A stretch of DNA of 64,000 nucleotides, from the NCBI GenBank assembly GCA_964354345.1, contig CAYGZL010000032.1, forward strand, positions 128,684 to 192,683, given 5' to 3'. Of the stretch, positions 10,106-19,390 are shown piece by piece. How positions within the stretch are numbered: the stretch's first letter is position 1; every line of letters begins with the position of its first letter. Below the pieces are notes generated by a model. It ran no database searches. It was not told where the DNA came from and saw only the letters and a list, made by a program, of their open reading frames with translations. This DNA comes from an uncultured Anaerolineaceae bacterium (lineage in GTDB: Bacteria > Chloroflexota > Anaerolineae > Anaerolineales > UBA4823). The position numbers were made by a program, and so were the translations under genes.

Positions 10106-10807
10106 ATGCAGTGTGTCATTCTTCAGCCCTCTTACATCCCCTGGCGAGGATATTTCGACCAGATTTACCAGGCTGATGTCTTTGTATTTTACGATGATGT
10201 GCAATACGATAAACACGGCTGGCGGAATCGCAACCGGATCAAAACCAACCAGGGCCTCCAATGGCTGACCATCCCTGTCCAATCCAGCGGGAATGTCACC
10301 GAACACATTCCCATCAACCAGATCCAAATTAACTGGCAGCAGCCATGGAACCGCAAACATTGGGCTTCTATCCAACAGGCCTATAGGAAAGCCCCCTATT
10401 TTCATACGTACGCGCCTGTACTTGAGGTTTATTACCAACGTCATGCCGAGCTGCTTGCAGATTTCACGATTGATCTGACCATGGCTCTAGCGCGTGAACT
10501 TGGGATCACGAAAACACGCTTCTTACGCTCTTCAAGTCTGGCTGTCCAAGGGGTGAGGACTGATCGGCTAATCGCTATCTTAAAGTTGGTCGGCGCGGAT
10601 CATTACTTGAGCGGACCTTCCGCTCGAGACTATCTTGAAGAAAGGAAATTCCAGGCCAGTGGGATCAGTTTATCTTATATGGTCTACGATTATCCACAAT
10701 ATCCCCAACTTTACCCCCCCTATGATCCTCAGGTATCTATCCTGGATTTATTGTTCATGACCGGGCCGGATGCGCTACAATATATTATCAACCAACCGAC
10801 AGTCTGA
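10106..10807 (+). CDS. WbqC-family protein (polysaccharide-cluster protein of unknown biochemical role)
   Basis: The N-terminus ILQPSYIPWRGYFDQI..FYDDVQYDKHGWRNRNRIKT..WLTIPV matches my recollection of the WbqC (PF08889) signature. Confidence 0.65.
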   Translation: MQCVILQPSYIPWRGYFDQIYQADVFVFYDDVQYDKHGWRNRNRIKTNQGLQWLTIPVQSSGNVTEHIPINQIQINWQQPWNRKHWASIQQAYRKAPYFHTYAPVLEVYYQRHAELLADFTIDLTMALARELGITKTRFLRSSSLAVQGVRTDRLIAILKLVGADHYLSGPSARDYLEERKFQASGISLSYMVYDYPQYPQLYPPYDPQVSILDLLFMTGPDALQYIINQPTV

Positions 10808-10828
10808 TCCGATACAGATGAAATAAAC

Positions 10829-11968
10829 ATGGATACATATACCATCGGTTTCAATAAACCCACCCTGGTCGGCACAGAGTTTGAGTATATCCGCCAGGCT
10901 TTTGAAAATGAGCATGTCTCTGGAGATGGCATCTTCACGAAAAAATGCCATGCCCTGCTTGAAAACCAATTGGGCATACCCAAGGTGCTTTTAACGACTT
11001 CATGCACCCATGCCCTGGAACTGGCCATTTTGCTGCTAGATCCCCAACCTGGTGATGAGTTCATCCTGCCGTCTTTCACCTTTGTCTCGACTGCGAATGC
11101 CTTCGTATTGCGTGGTGCGCGGCCAGTCTTTATTGATATCCGGCCAGACACCCTTAACCTGGATGAGAATCAGCTCGAACCTCTAATTACATCACGCACG
11201 CGCGCCATCCTACCCGTGCATTATGCAGGAGTCGGCTGCGAAATGGATGCTATTCTCGAAATCGCAAACGGTTATCAAATCCCTATCGTAGAGGATAATG
11301 CGCATGGCTTGTTTGGGAAATATAAAGGGCGTTACTTAGGTACTTTCGGATGCATGGCAACCCAAAGTTTTCACGAAACCAAGAACTTTACCTGCGGTGA
11401 AGGTGGGGCGCTGCTTATCAACAATCCTGCCTATTCAGAACGTGCAGAAATCATCCGAGAGAAAGGTACTAATCGCAGCCGTTTCTTCCGTGGTCAAGTG
11501 GACAAGTACACCTGGGTCGACGTTGGGTCGAGCTACCTGCCTTCCGAAATTCTGGCAGCGTTCTTATATGCGCAGCTTGAAGCCCGCCAAGCCATTCAGA
11601 CCACGCGTAAATATATTTGGGATTATTACCAGCAGAACTTGGCGGATTGGGCTTCCCGGCATGGGATCCGGCTGCCAGTGGTGCCGGATTACTGCGAGCA
11701 GCCCTACCACATGTTTTACATGCTGCTCCCCTCACTTGAGAAACGCCAGGCGTTGATCGCGCACCTGAAGTCGAAAGGAATTCAAGGCGTTTTTCATTAT
11801 TTACCCCTACACCTCTCAGACATGGGTTTAAAATTCGGAGGGAAGGTCAGCGACTGTACGGTAACTCAAGATGTCAGCGATCGGCTGTTACGTTTACCCT
11901 TCCACAACCAATTGACTCAGTCAAACCAGGATCGCGTGATTGAAGCCATCCATGAGTTCATAATTTAA
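10829..11968 (+). CDS. DegT/DnrJ/EryC1-family PLP aminotransferase, WecE-like (NDP-4-keto-6-deoxyhexose 4-aminotransferase)
   Basis: SFHETKNFTCGEGGALLIN, REKGTNRSRFFRGQVDKYTWVDVGSSYLPSE and MFYMLLP closely parallel E. coli WecE. Confidence 0.85.
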   Translation: MDTYTIGFNKPTLVGTEFEYIRQAFENEHVSGDGIFTKKCHALLENQLGIPKVLLTTSCTHALELAILLLDPQPGDEFILPSFTFVSTANAFVLRGARPVFIDIRPDTLNLDENQLEPLITSRTRAILPVHYAGVGCEMDAILEIANGYQIPIVEDNAHGLFGKYKGRYLGTFGCMATQSFHETKNFTCGEGGALLINNPAYSERAEIIREKGTNRSRFFRGQVDKYTWVDVGSSYLPSEILAAFLYAQLEARQAIQTTRKYIWDYYQQNLADWASRHGIRLPVVPDYCEQPYHMFYMLLPSLEKRQALIAHLKSKGIQGVFHYLPLHLSDMGLKFGGKVSDCTVTQDVSDRLLRLPFHNQLTQSNQDRVIEAIHEFII

Positions 11969-11974
11969 AGTCTA

Positions 11975-12421
11975 ATGAACCTAAACCACCAACCGCGCCG
12001 CATTCTAGCTGTTGATCCGGGGGAAAAACGCCTGGGGATCGCTTTAAGTGATCCAACGGGATTGATTGCCAATCCACTAACAATCATCGAACATATTTCC
12101 CGACCCCTCGACGCGGCGCGAATCGCTCACCTGGCACTGGAAAACGAAGCGATTTGCATCATTGTTGGAGAGGCATTAAATGAGGATGGTCAGCCAACCC
12201 CACAAAGCCGGCGCGCTGAACGATTAGCAGTGGCAATCCGAGAGCAATGCGAGATCCCAGTCGTGCTTTGGGACGAAAGCGGTAGTACCCGGGCAGCCCG
12301 CAACGCACGCCTGGCCTTAGGCGTCCGTCGCAAGAGGCGCAAGGGACACCTGGATGAACTCGCTGCAACCTACATTCTACAAACCTACCTGGACGCTCAT
12401 CCCTATTCTAGCGATATGTGA
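11975..12421 (+). CDS. ruvX: YqgF/RuvX putative pre-16S rRNA nuclease / Holliday-junction-resolvase-like protein
   Basis: 148 aa. ILAVDPGEKRLGIALSD at the N-terminus and WDESGSTRAAR are typical of YqgF. Confidence 0.85.
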   Translation: MNLNHQPRRILAVDPGEKRLGIALSDPTGLIANPLTIIEHISRPLDAARIAHLALENEAICIIVGEALNEDGQPTPQSRRAERLAVAIREQCEIPVVLWDESGSTRAARNARLALGVRRKRRKGHLDELAATYILQTYLDAHPYSSDM

Positions 12422-12433
12422 GTTTGCTTCAAA

Positions 12434-13573
12434 ATGCGTCGCCTGCTCTCACTCCTCGTTTCACTATCCCCAATCTTATTGATTATCCTGTGCCTGGCCG
12501 CGATTGTCCTGGGATGGTTCGCCTGGCGTCTACCTGAGCAAGCGGAAACCACCTTCGGCCCGTCTGCCCCCAGCTTGGGCTTAATTCAACGGGTATACCT
12601 GTCTGCACAACTCACGTTGTTGTCAGATAACCTGACTAAAGCCAATGAACCCAACGGAACAGATCGCTCATTTTCGATTCAATTGGGCGAGTCTACTCTC
12701 TCCATCACCAATCGCCTCGAACAGGAAGGTTTTATTTCGAGCTCCCAGGCGCTGCGGACCTATCTGGTTTATTCTGGTCTGGATACTACCTTACAAACGG
12801 GCGACTACCATCTCAGCCCGGCCATGACTCCATTGGAAATAACCCAAAAATTTCAGAACGCCAGTTCTACCGATGTAAAATTCCGCATTTTAGCAGGTTG
12901 GCGCATCGAAGAAATCGCCGCTGCTTTACCCACCTCGGGGTTGGATATTACACCCGAGGCGTTTCAACAAGCAGCTTACCATCCTTATTTGCCACCTGAT
13001 CTAACCATTAATCTCCCAGATGGCGCGTCGCTCGAGGGTTTCTTATATCCTGATCTGTATCAGTTCCCTCGATCGATCGGGGTTAATGATTTTCTCAAGG
13101 GTCTGGTGGTCCGTTTCTCAGAGCAGAACAATGAGGAACTATCCCAAGGCTTTGAAAAGCAAGGATTAAGCGTTTTCGAGGCAGTCACCCTGGCCTCCAT
13201 TATCCAACGCGAAGCGATTGTTGAAGAAGAAATGCCGATGATTGCCTCTGTCTTTTATAACCGCCTGGCAACTGGAATGAAGCTTGACTCTGATCCAACC
13301 GTCCAATATGCACTGGGTTATATACCAGAGAGAAAGGGATGGTGGAAAAATCCTCTCAGCCTGGAAGATCTCCAGGTAAATTCACCCTATAATACTTATC
13401 TGAATAAAGGCCTGCCTCCTGGACCGATTTCTAATCCGAGTCTGAACGCTATCATGGCAGTCGCTTTTCCTGCTCAGACTCCCTATTTTTACTTCCGGGC
13501 AGCCTGTGATGGCTCGGGATTGCATTTATTTTCTAAGACATTTCAGGAACATTTAAATAAAGGCTGCCCGTAA
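12434..13573 (+). CDS. mltG: endolytic murein transglycosylase MltG (YceG family)
   Basis: N-terminal TM helix. ASIIQREA, VFYNRL..MKLDSDPTVQYALG and SPYNTYLNKGLPPGPISNPS are YceG-like motifs. Confidence 0.9.
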   Translation: MRRLLSLLVSLSPILLIILCLAAIVLGWFAWRLPEQAETTFGPSAPSLGLIQRVYLSAQLTLLSDNLTKANEPNGTDRSFSIQLGESTLSITNRLEQEGFISSSQALRTYLVYSGLDTTLQTGDYHLSPAMTPLEITQKFQNASSTDVKFRILAGWRIEEIAAALPTSGLDITPEAFQQAAYHPYLPPDLTINLPDGASLEGFLYPDLYQFPRSIGVNDFLKGLVVRFSEQNNEELSQGFEKQGLSVFEAVTLASIIQREAIVEEEMPMIASVFYNRLATGMKLDSDPTVQYALGYIPERKGWWKNPLSLEDLQVNSPYNTYLNKGLPPGPISNPSLNAIMAVAFPAQTPYFYFRAACDGSGLHLFSKTFQEHLNKGCP

Positions 13574-13614
13574 CACAGCCGGTCGGGTTCAGGGACGAAA
13601 CCCAACATCGTTAT

Positions 13615-14340
13615 TCAAGGCTGGTTATACATCCCATGTAAATCGTTCAGGCGTATTTTCAAGAGTTCGCGTACCATGTTGAAAGTATCTTGAACTGGTT
13701 TTACTTTACTCTGGCCACGGTAATACCAATCGATAGGTACCTCCTGGATCGTATACCCCCATTTCCGCGCGATGAATAATATTTCAACATCAAAACCCCA
13801 ACCCGGTATGGTTTGCGCCCGGAACAACTGATGGGCTACATCCGCCCGAAAACACTTAAATCCACATTGGGTATCTTGCAACCCGGCGACAGCCAGCCAA
13901 CGAACGAGAGTATTAAATACCCGACCCATCACATGCCTGTATTCCGGTTCACCGATCCGCCGAGCACCGGGGGTTTCACGCGAGGCAATCAAGATCGGGG
14001 TTGTATGAGCGAACAGCGCCGAAAACTTGGTAAATTCGGCAATAGGCATTGAGAGATCCGAATCGCAGAGGAAAACCCATTCTCCTCGGCTGGCCAGCAC
14101 GCCATTCCGGCAAGCATGACCTTTCCCCCCATGACTCACCCGGAGCAAATTTAAGTCGGGGTGTTTTTGTATTGCTTCCTGAACGATCTGCGCGGTATGA
14201 TCCACGCTCCCATCATCAACGACAGTGACCTCGAATGAATAATTCTGATGGTTATAGAATTCCATCGTGTCTTGCAGCGTTATTGCCAGCCGGGCTGCCT
14301 CGTTATATGCCGGGATTACCACCGAGAGGAATGGTTTCAT
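13615..14340 (-). CDS. GT2 glycosyltransferase, soluble, polyprenol-phosphate hexosyltransferase-like
   Basis: 241 aa. LSVVIPAYNE, VDDGSVDHT, CDSDLS (DxD) and QCGFKCF motifs. Confidence 0.75.
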   Translation of the reverse strand: MKPFLSVVIPAYNEAARLAITLQDTMEFYNHQNYSFEVTVVDDGSVDHTAQIVQEAIQKHPDLNLLRVSHGGKGHACRNGVLASRGEWVFLCDSDLSMPIAEFTKFSALFAHTTPILIASRETPGARRIGEPEYRHVMGRVFNTLVRWLAVAGLQDTQCGFKCFRADVAHQLFRAQTIPGWGFDVEILFIARKWGYTIQEVPIDWYYRGQSKVKPVQDTFNMVRELLKIRLNDLHGMYNQP

Positions 14341-14378
14341 CGTGATGCTCTACTCCCTCGAAATGACCTTTCAGTAAA

Positions 14379-15407
14379 TCAACGCCTGGTGATTATTCCC
14401 TTCACCAGACTCCAGATAAAGGCGCTACCCCAACTTAAATGCATTGCAGCGATGGCAACCGGCAAACCGATGGTTAGGCTTGCATCCTTCCGCTGGATCG
14501 CCAGACACAGACCTGCCCCGAACATAACCAATAAATAAGCCAACGACATGAAAGCCAAACATCCTCTCGCTGCTGCGAAGAACAAGGACAGCATCCCCAG
14601 CACAAGCAAGCAAACTACAAATATGGGGGGTAAAGCCTGCCTCCAGCGTAAAGTCTCAGGATAACGACGTAACATACGGAATTTCCAGAAACCGTACCGT
14701 CCATATTGGCGGATTAATTCCTTAAGGCTGGCCCGAGCATAATAAGCGCTCCGGATCGCCGGATCCAGCCACACCTTTCCACCCGACTGGCGCACGCGCG
14801 TATTAAACTCATAATCCTCATTCGTCAGCAAGGATTCGTCGTAAGGGCCAGAGCCGCCTGCAGGCCAGGGTATTCGTTCAAGCAAGTGTTTGTGAAATGC
14901 GCCAAAGGGAACCGTGTCAACCTTTTGCGCTTGCGTGGCGTAGCGATAAAGTGCATCGCCGACTCCAAGCGGATGAGCAGCTGCCGCGGCAATCGCTCTC
15001 GAAATCCAACCGCTGCCCCGAGGACGGATTTCCCAGACTCCACCCACAATATCCCCCAGGTCGGCCTGTAAATCTTGCACACAACGCATCACATATTCAG
15101 GATCAGGCACCGCATGGGCGTCCATACGGATAATCATCTCGCCGCCCGCTGCCGCGATCGCCTGATTCAAGCCAGCCGGGATAGTTCGACGCGGATTATC
15201 GATCACTCTCACCTGGATCTCCGGATGGCTGGCGGTAAACTCCATGATCGCCGGGCGCGTCTGGTCGGTGGACATTCCATCGGCGATGATGACCTCCATT
15301 CGAGCAGACGGATATGACTGGCAGCGAAGCGCCTCTAACAGCAGACCAATCGTCGTCTGCTCGTTAAAACAGGGAACGATGATAGAAACAGGTGGAAAAT
15401 CTGGCAT
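14379..15407 (-). CDS. GT2 glycosyltransferase with C-terminal transmembrane helices
   Basis: 342 aa. VSIIVPCFNE, ADGMSTDQT, RMDAH and TNEDYEF, followed by about 3 hydrophobic helices. Confidence 0.75.
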   Translation of the reverse strand: MPDFPPVSIIVPCFNEQTTIGLLLEALRCQSYPSARMEVIIADGMSTDQTRPAIMEFTASHPEIQVRVIDNPRRTIPAGLNQAIAAAGGEMIIRMDAHAVPDPEYVMRCVQDLQADLGDIVGGVWEIRPRGSGWISRAIAAAAAHPLGVGDALYRYATQAQKVDTVPFGAFHKHLLERIPWPAGGSGPYDESLLTNEDYEFNTRVRQSGGKVWLDPAIRSAYYARASLKELIRQYGRYGFWKFRMLRRYPETLRWRQALPPIFVVCLLVLGMLSLFFAAARGCLAFMSLAYLLVMFGAGLCLAIQRKDASLTIGLPVAIAAMHLSWGSAFIWSLVKGIITRR

Positions 15408-15467
15408 AATCGTTGCAGGATATAACCATCTACCAGGTCGTTACTTAACCATGGAAACTCGAAGCAG

Positions 15468-16862
15468 CTATTTTTTAAGAATGTAATAGGTAGCGCGCTT
15501 GTCGCCCACTTTGATCAGGATATCCTGGCTGACCAATTCAGAAAGGTCCCGACGTAAAGTCTCCGGATGCACGCCGGGGCAGAGCTCCTGATAATCTCTG
15601 CTGGTGATGCGTCGGTAGCGCCCCAGGTAATCCAAGGCCAGACGCTGACGTGAGTTTATCGCCAGCGCGCCCAACGCAGGTAGCGGTGCAGCGGCATTCG
15701 ATGGCGCTTCCTGACTGGCAAATAATGTTACTCGGAAGGAGCCTGCAGTTTCCTCAAAACGCGGCGGACGGAAACCATGCTGGCGCATTAAAGTCACCAC
15801 ACGGTTCAATCCAAATCCCAACCGTTCCACAAATCCCAAATCCGCTAAAATCTGTATGATCACTGCATTCCGGGAAAAACGGGCTTCCAATAAGTTATCG
15901 AGAGTCACCGGGCCCGGTAAACCACCCGGTGACTGGATTTCTAGACGGTCTGAGAAAATATTTAGATGGATAGTATCTCCCTGGAGATTATAATCTCGGT
16001 GGGCGACTGCATTGATCAGCAATTCACGGACTGCTTCCAAAGGATACTCATCACGGCACTGCATTCCCGACGAACGCTGAATACCACGGAGTAAATGCTG
16101 CTGAAGAAAGGCCTCGGCCTGGCGCAACTGATCGGGCAATGTCCCTGTAATTTCTTCTTTTACGACACGGTTTGCCAGAGATGTCCCCACAAAGCGAGCT
16201 GCCAGGATAGCAGCGTTGGGCAACCAATGTTGGGGATGGCGACTAAAAAGTAGCAAGGCTGCGTATGTGGGCCGAATATCTTTGGTTACACAGCCCCGCC
16301 GATACAACGCTTGCTCGCTATGCTCAATCCCCGGTAAATTTATAGCTTCGAGATAATCTGCCACTTTTTGGGGATCAAGATCATCATAAACAGCTTCTGG
16401 GGGTGTTTGTGTTTCGAACTGAACCACACCACGCTCCAGGAGCAACTGTCGCAGGCGTCGCGCCGCCAATGGATTGGTCTGTGCTTTTTCCCGACCCCAA
16501 TAACGTCCCTCCAGACTGTACACGTAAGGTAAACCTGCTGGTACCGTAATCCATACAATCTTGGTTTTATCCACCTCGGCTGACTGTGGAACCGGAATCA
16601 CCAGAGGTGGGTCAGTTATTAATGCTGCCTGAAATATGTTAACCAGGGCTTTCTGGACATCTGTAACACCTTGTAAATGAGCTGAGCGCGGGGTGATCCC
16701 TAATACAATAACACCACCCTCCGTGTTTGCCATCCCTGCCATCACTACCGCCAGACGTGTCGGGGACACATCAGCCGGGAACCAATGCAGCTTCAGTCCC
16801 ATACCTTGAGCCAGAAGGGCAGCCAGTTCAACAGGAGAAGGCGAATTCGCTCTTAATTTCAT
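15468..16862 (-). CDS. AlbA_2 / HATPase_c_4 / wHTH putative DNA-binding ATPase-like regulator (often annotated RecG-like)
   Basis: 464 aa. The N-terminal divergent AlbA_2-like region, the central LINAVAHRDY..IFSDRLEIQSPGGLP and a C-terminal winged-helix-like tail are all present. The start ATG overlaps the lon stop (ATGA). Confidence 0.6.
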   Translation of the reverse strand: MKLRANSPSPVELAALLAQGMGLKLHWFPADVSPTRLAVVMAGMANTEGGVIVLGITPRSAHLQGVTDVQKALVNIFQAALITDPPLVIPVPQSAEVDKTKIVWITVPAGLPYVYSLEGRYWGREKAQTNPLAARRLRQLLLERGVVQFETQTPPEAVYDDLDPQKVADYLEAINLPGIEHSEQALYRRGCVTKDIRPTYAALLLFSRHPQHWLPNAAILAARFVGTSLANRVVKEEITGTLPDQLRQAEAFLQQHLLRGIQRSSGMQCRDEYPLEAVRELLINAVAHRDYNLQGDTIHLNIFSDRLEIQSPGGLPGPVTLDNLLEARFSRNAVIIQILADLGFVERLGFGLNRVVTLMRQHGFRPPRFEETAGSFRVTLFASQEAPSNAAAPLPALGALAINSRQRLALDYLGRYRRITSRDYQELCPGVHPETLRRDLSELVSQDILIKVGDKRATYYILKK

Positions 16863-19390
16863 GAGGGAGGTGTGCCTTCTTCAATGGCTCCTTCACTTCG
16901 CTCAGAACCAGGCTTCGTCCCACCCTTATGGCGCGTACGCACTGGTTTGGATTTCTCAGGCAACGCTGCCAGCGCCAGATTTAAGACCTCATCCATGTGC
17001 TCGACTGGAATAATTTGTAACTCACTGCGGGCACGCTTCGGTACATCAACAAGATCCTTCAAATTACGTTTTGGCAGCAATACAGTCTTCAAGCCTGCCC
17101 GGTGCGCTGCCAGGATTTTCTCGCGCACCCCTCCCACCGGCAATACATGACCTCGCAAGGTAATTTCGCCTGTCATACCCACCTGACATAATACCTCCCG
17201 ACCGGTAAAAGCTGAAACCAGCGCAGTACAGATGGTTATCCCCGCGCTTGGACCATCTTTAGGAATCGCGCCTTCTGGAATATGAATATGGATATCCACC
17301 TGATCGTAGATATTCGGTTCAATATTGAGTTGTACGGAGCGAGATTTCAGGTAAGAGAGGGCGGCCTGAGCCGATTCTTGCATCACATTCCCAATCTGCC
17401 CGGTAATTTGTAGGTTACCCTTGCCCTCATAAAGCGCAATTTCCACCGGCATGATCTCACCGCCGTTTTCTGTCCACGCCACTGCAGTAGCAACACCTAC
17501 TTCGTTATGCCGCTCGGCCTCCAGATTGTAAAATTGCGGTGGACCCAGAAAACGCTCGATCGCTGAGGCGATCATGTTATTGGAAAAACGTTTCCCCTCG
17601 GCTTTTAACCGCGCAATTTTGCGACAAATTTTTCCAATTTCCCGCTCGAGGTTCCGCACTCCGGCTTCGTAGGTATATTCCCGGACAATCCGCAGAACCG
17701 ATTGGTCAGCAAAATGGATCTCATCCGGCTCCAAGCCATTTTCATCAAGCTGGCGTGGAATCAAGAAACGCCGAGCGATCTCCAATTTTTCCTCTTCCAT
17801 ATACCCCGGAAATTCAATTACTTCCATTCGATCTAACAACGCAGGCGGGATTGTCCCCGTGGTATTTGCCGTCGTAATAAACATTACTTTCGACAAATCA
17901 TATGCTAATTCCAGGTAATGATCCGAAAAGGCGAAATTTTGTTCAGGATCGAGCACCTCTAACAGGGCAGAAGCCGGGTCGCCGCGGAAATCCAGGCCGA
18001 GCTTGTCGATTTCATCCAACATGAAAAGTGGATTGGCCGTGGCCGCCCGGCGCATAGTTTGCAATATTCGTCCCGGTAACGCGCCGATGTATGTCCGCCG
18101 GTGGCCGCGGATTTCGGCCTCATCGCGCACACCACCCAATGAGAGCCGGACAAACTTTCGACCAAGAGCTTCCGCAATCGAACGACCCAGAGAAGTCTTT
18201 CCTGTGCCTGGCGGTCCGACAAAGCATAGGATCGGTTGGCGACTGCGCTTGGGTTTTAAGCTACGTACTGCAATATATTCGAGGATGCGCTCTTTTGCGC
18301 GGGGTAACCCATAATGATCGCGCTCCAAAATTCTGGCCGCATGGCGCACATCTAGATTATCCTCTGAAATTGAAGTGGAGCTACTCGACCAGGGTAAATC
18401 TAGAATCCAATCAACATAGGTGCGCAAGATGCCAACTTCTGGCGACATGGGTGTCATTTGACCGAGTCGCTCAATTTCCTTGAGGGCTCGATACTTAACC
18501 TCCTCCGACAACCCTGCTGCTTCTACCCGTTGTCCCAATTCATATAGTTCACGTGTCCAGGGATCGCCCTCCCCCAATTCAGTCTGGATCGCTTTCAACC
18601 GCTCGCGTAAATAGAATTCACGCTGGGTACGATCCACTTCACTCTGAGCACGTGTATGAAGCTCGTCTTCTAACTCTAGAACATCTGCCTCCTTGGCTAA
18701 CAGGCTGATTACCCGTTTGAGACGCGCTAAAGGTTCCAGGGCGAGCAATAATTCAAGGCGATCCAGAGGCGGCGGTGCAATCGCACTGGCAATCATATCC
18801 GCCAACCAGCCAGGTTCGTTTATATTCAGCGCGTAGAGATAGGCCTCTTCGGGTAAACTGCGGTTGAGTTGGACACATTTCTGGAACATCTCACGGGCGG
18901 TACGCATGGTGGCTTCTATTTGGCGATCCATCTCCGGGTTGTCATGGATGGGGCGTGCCTTGACAATCAAATACGGATCTTCCTGAACCACCTCCACCAC
19001 TTCAACCCGTCGCCGGCCCTGGACCAGGGCAGAGCTACTGTCATCGGGCATGCTCAATAGCCTCCCTACCGCCATCTCAACCCCGATCGGCAGAAAATCC
19101 TCGACACCAGGATCTTCCTGCTCTGGATCCCGTTGGGTTAAGGCTATCACCGTCTGATCATTCAATTGTGCGTCTTCAATCGCCAATATAGCCGCTGCTT
19201 GAGATAAGAACACAGGCGATACCATATGCGGGAATATAACCACATCTCGTAAGGGTAAAACCGGACATTCAATCAAACCCTCCTCGTCTGGCATCGCATC
19301 GGGGATACTATAAAGCTCCTCAGTTCGGCGGTGTAGAGCATCGCCGAAATCGTCCTCATCATCACGAAAATACCAATCGCTATTTTTCAT
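16859..19390 (-). CDS. lon: ATP-dependent Lon protease (LonA)
   Basis: LON N-domain (LPLRDVVIFPHM), Walker A GPPGTGKTS and protease motif DGPSAGI with a downstream Lys. The ORF track starts at 19408. ATG 19390 gives an ATGA overlap with the folC stop and is preferred. Confidence 0.93.
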   Translation of the reverse strand: MKNSDWYFRDDEDDFGDALHRRTEELYSIPDAMPDEEGLIECPVLPLRDVVIFPHMVSPVFLSQAAAILAIEDAQLNDQTVIALTQRDPEQEDPGVEDFLPIGVEMAVGRLLSMPDDSSSALVQGRRRVEVVEVVQEDPYLIVKARPIHDNPEMDRQIEATMRTAREMFQKCVQLNRSLPEEAYLYALNINEPGWLADMIASAIAPPPLDRLELLLALEPLARLKRVISLLAKEADVLELEDELHTRAQSEVDRTQREFYLRERLKAIQTELGEGDPWTRELYELGQRVEAAGLSEEVKYRALKEIERLGQMTPMSPEVGILRTYVDWILDLPWSSSSTSISEDNLDVRHAARILERDHYGLPRAKERILEYIAVRSLKPKRSRQPILCFVGPPGTGKTSLGRSIAEALGRKFVRLSLGGVRDEAEIRGHRRTYIGALPGRILQTMRRAATANPLFMLDEIDKLGLDFRGDPASALLEVLDPEQNFAFSDHYLELAYDLSKVMFITTANTTGTIPPALLDRMEVIEFPGYMEEEKLEIARRFLIPRQLDENGLEPDEIHFADQSVLRIVREYTYEAGVRNLEREIGKICRKIARLKAEGKRFSNNMIASAIERFLGPPQFYNLEAERHNEVGVATAVAWTENGGEIMPVEIALYEGKGNLQITGQIGNVMQESAQAALSYLKSRSVQLNIEPNIYDQVDIHIHIPEGAIPKDGPSAGITICTALVSAFTGREVLCQVGMTGEITLRGHVLPVGGVREKILAAHRAGLKTVLLPKRNLKDLVDVPKRARSELQIIPVEHMDEVLNLALAALPEKSKPVRTRHKGGTKPGSERSEGAIEEGTPPS

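Noticed and set aside
9893-10444. 183-aa minus-strand ORF, and similar long antisense ORFs at 10729-11151, 30046-30525, 44674-45198, 40927-41292 and 43424-43894
   Set aside because: Each lies entirely inside a motif-supported gene or pseudogene on the other strand or in another frame. Their compositions are low-complexity and rich in Arg, Ser and Pro. None has a ribosome-binding site. They are typical shadow ORFs.
15468-19390. Lon protease plus AlbA_2/ATPase-like protein as an anti-phage defence pair
   Set aside because: The Lon is a full-length canonical LonA (LON N-domain, AAA+, Ser-Lys protease) chained to folC. It is therefore the housekeeping protease. The AlbA_2/HATPase_c_4/wHTH architecture is a very common putative regulator. 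No nuclease or other effector domain was seen.
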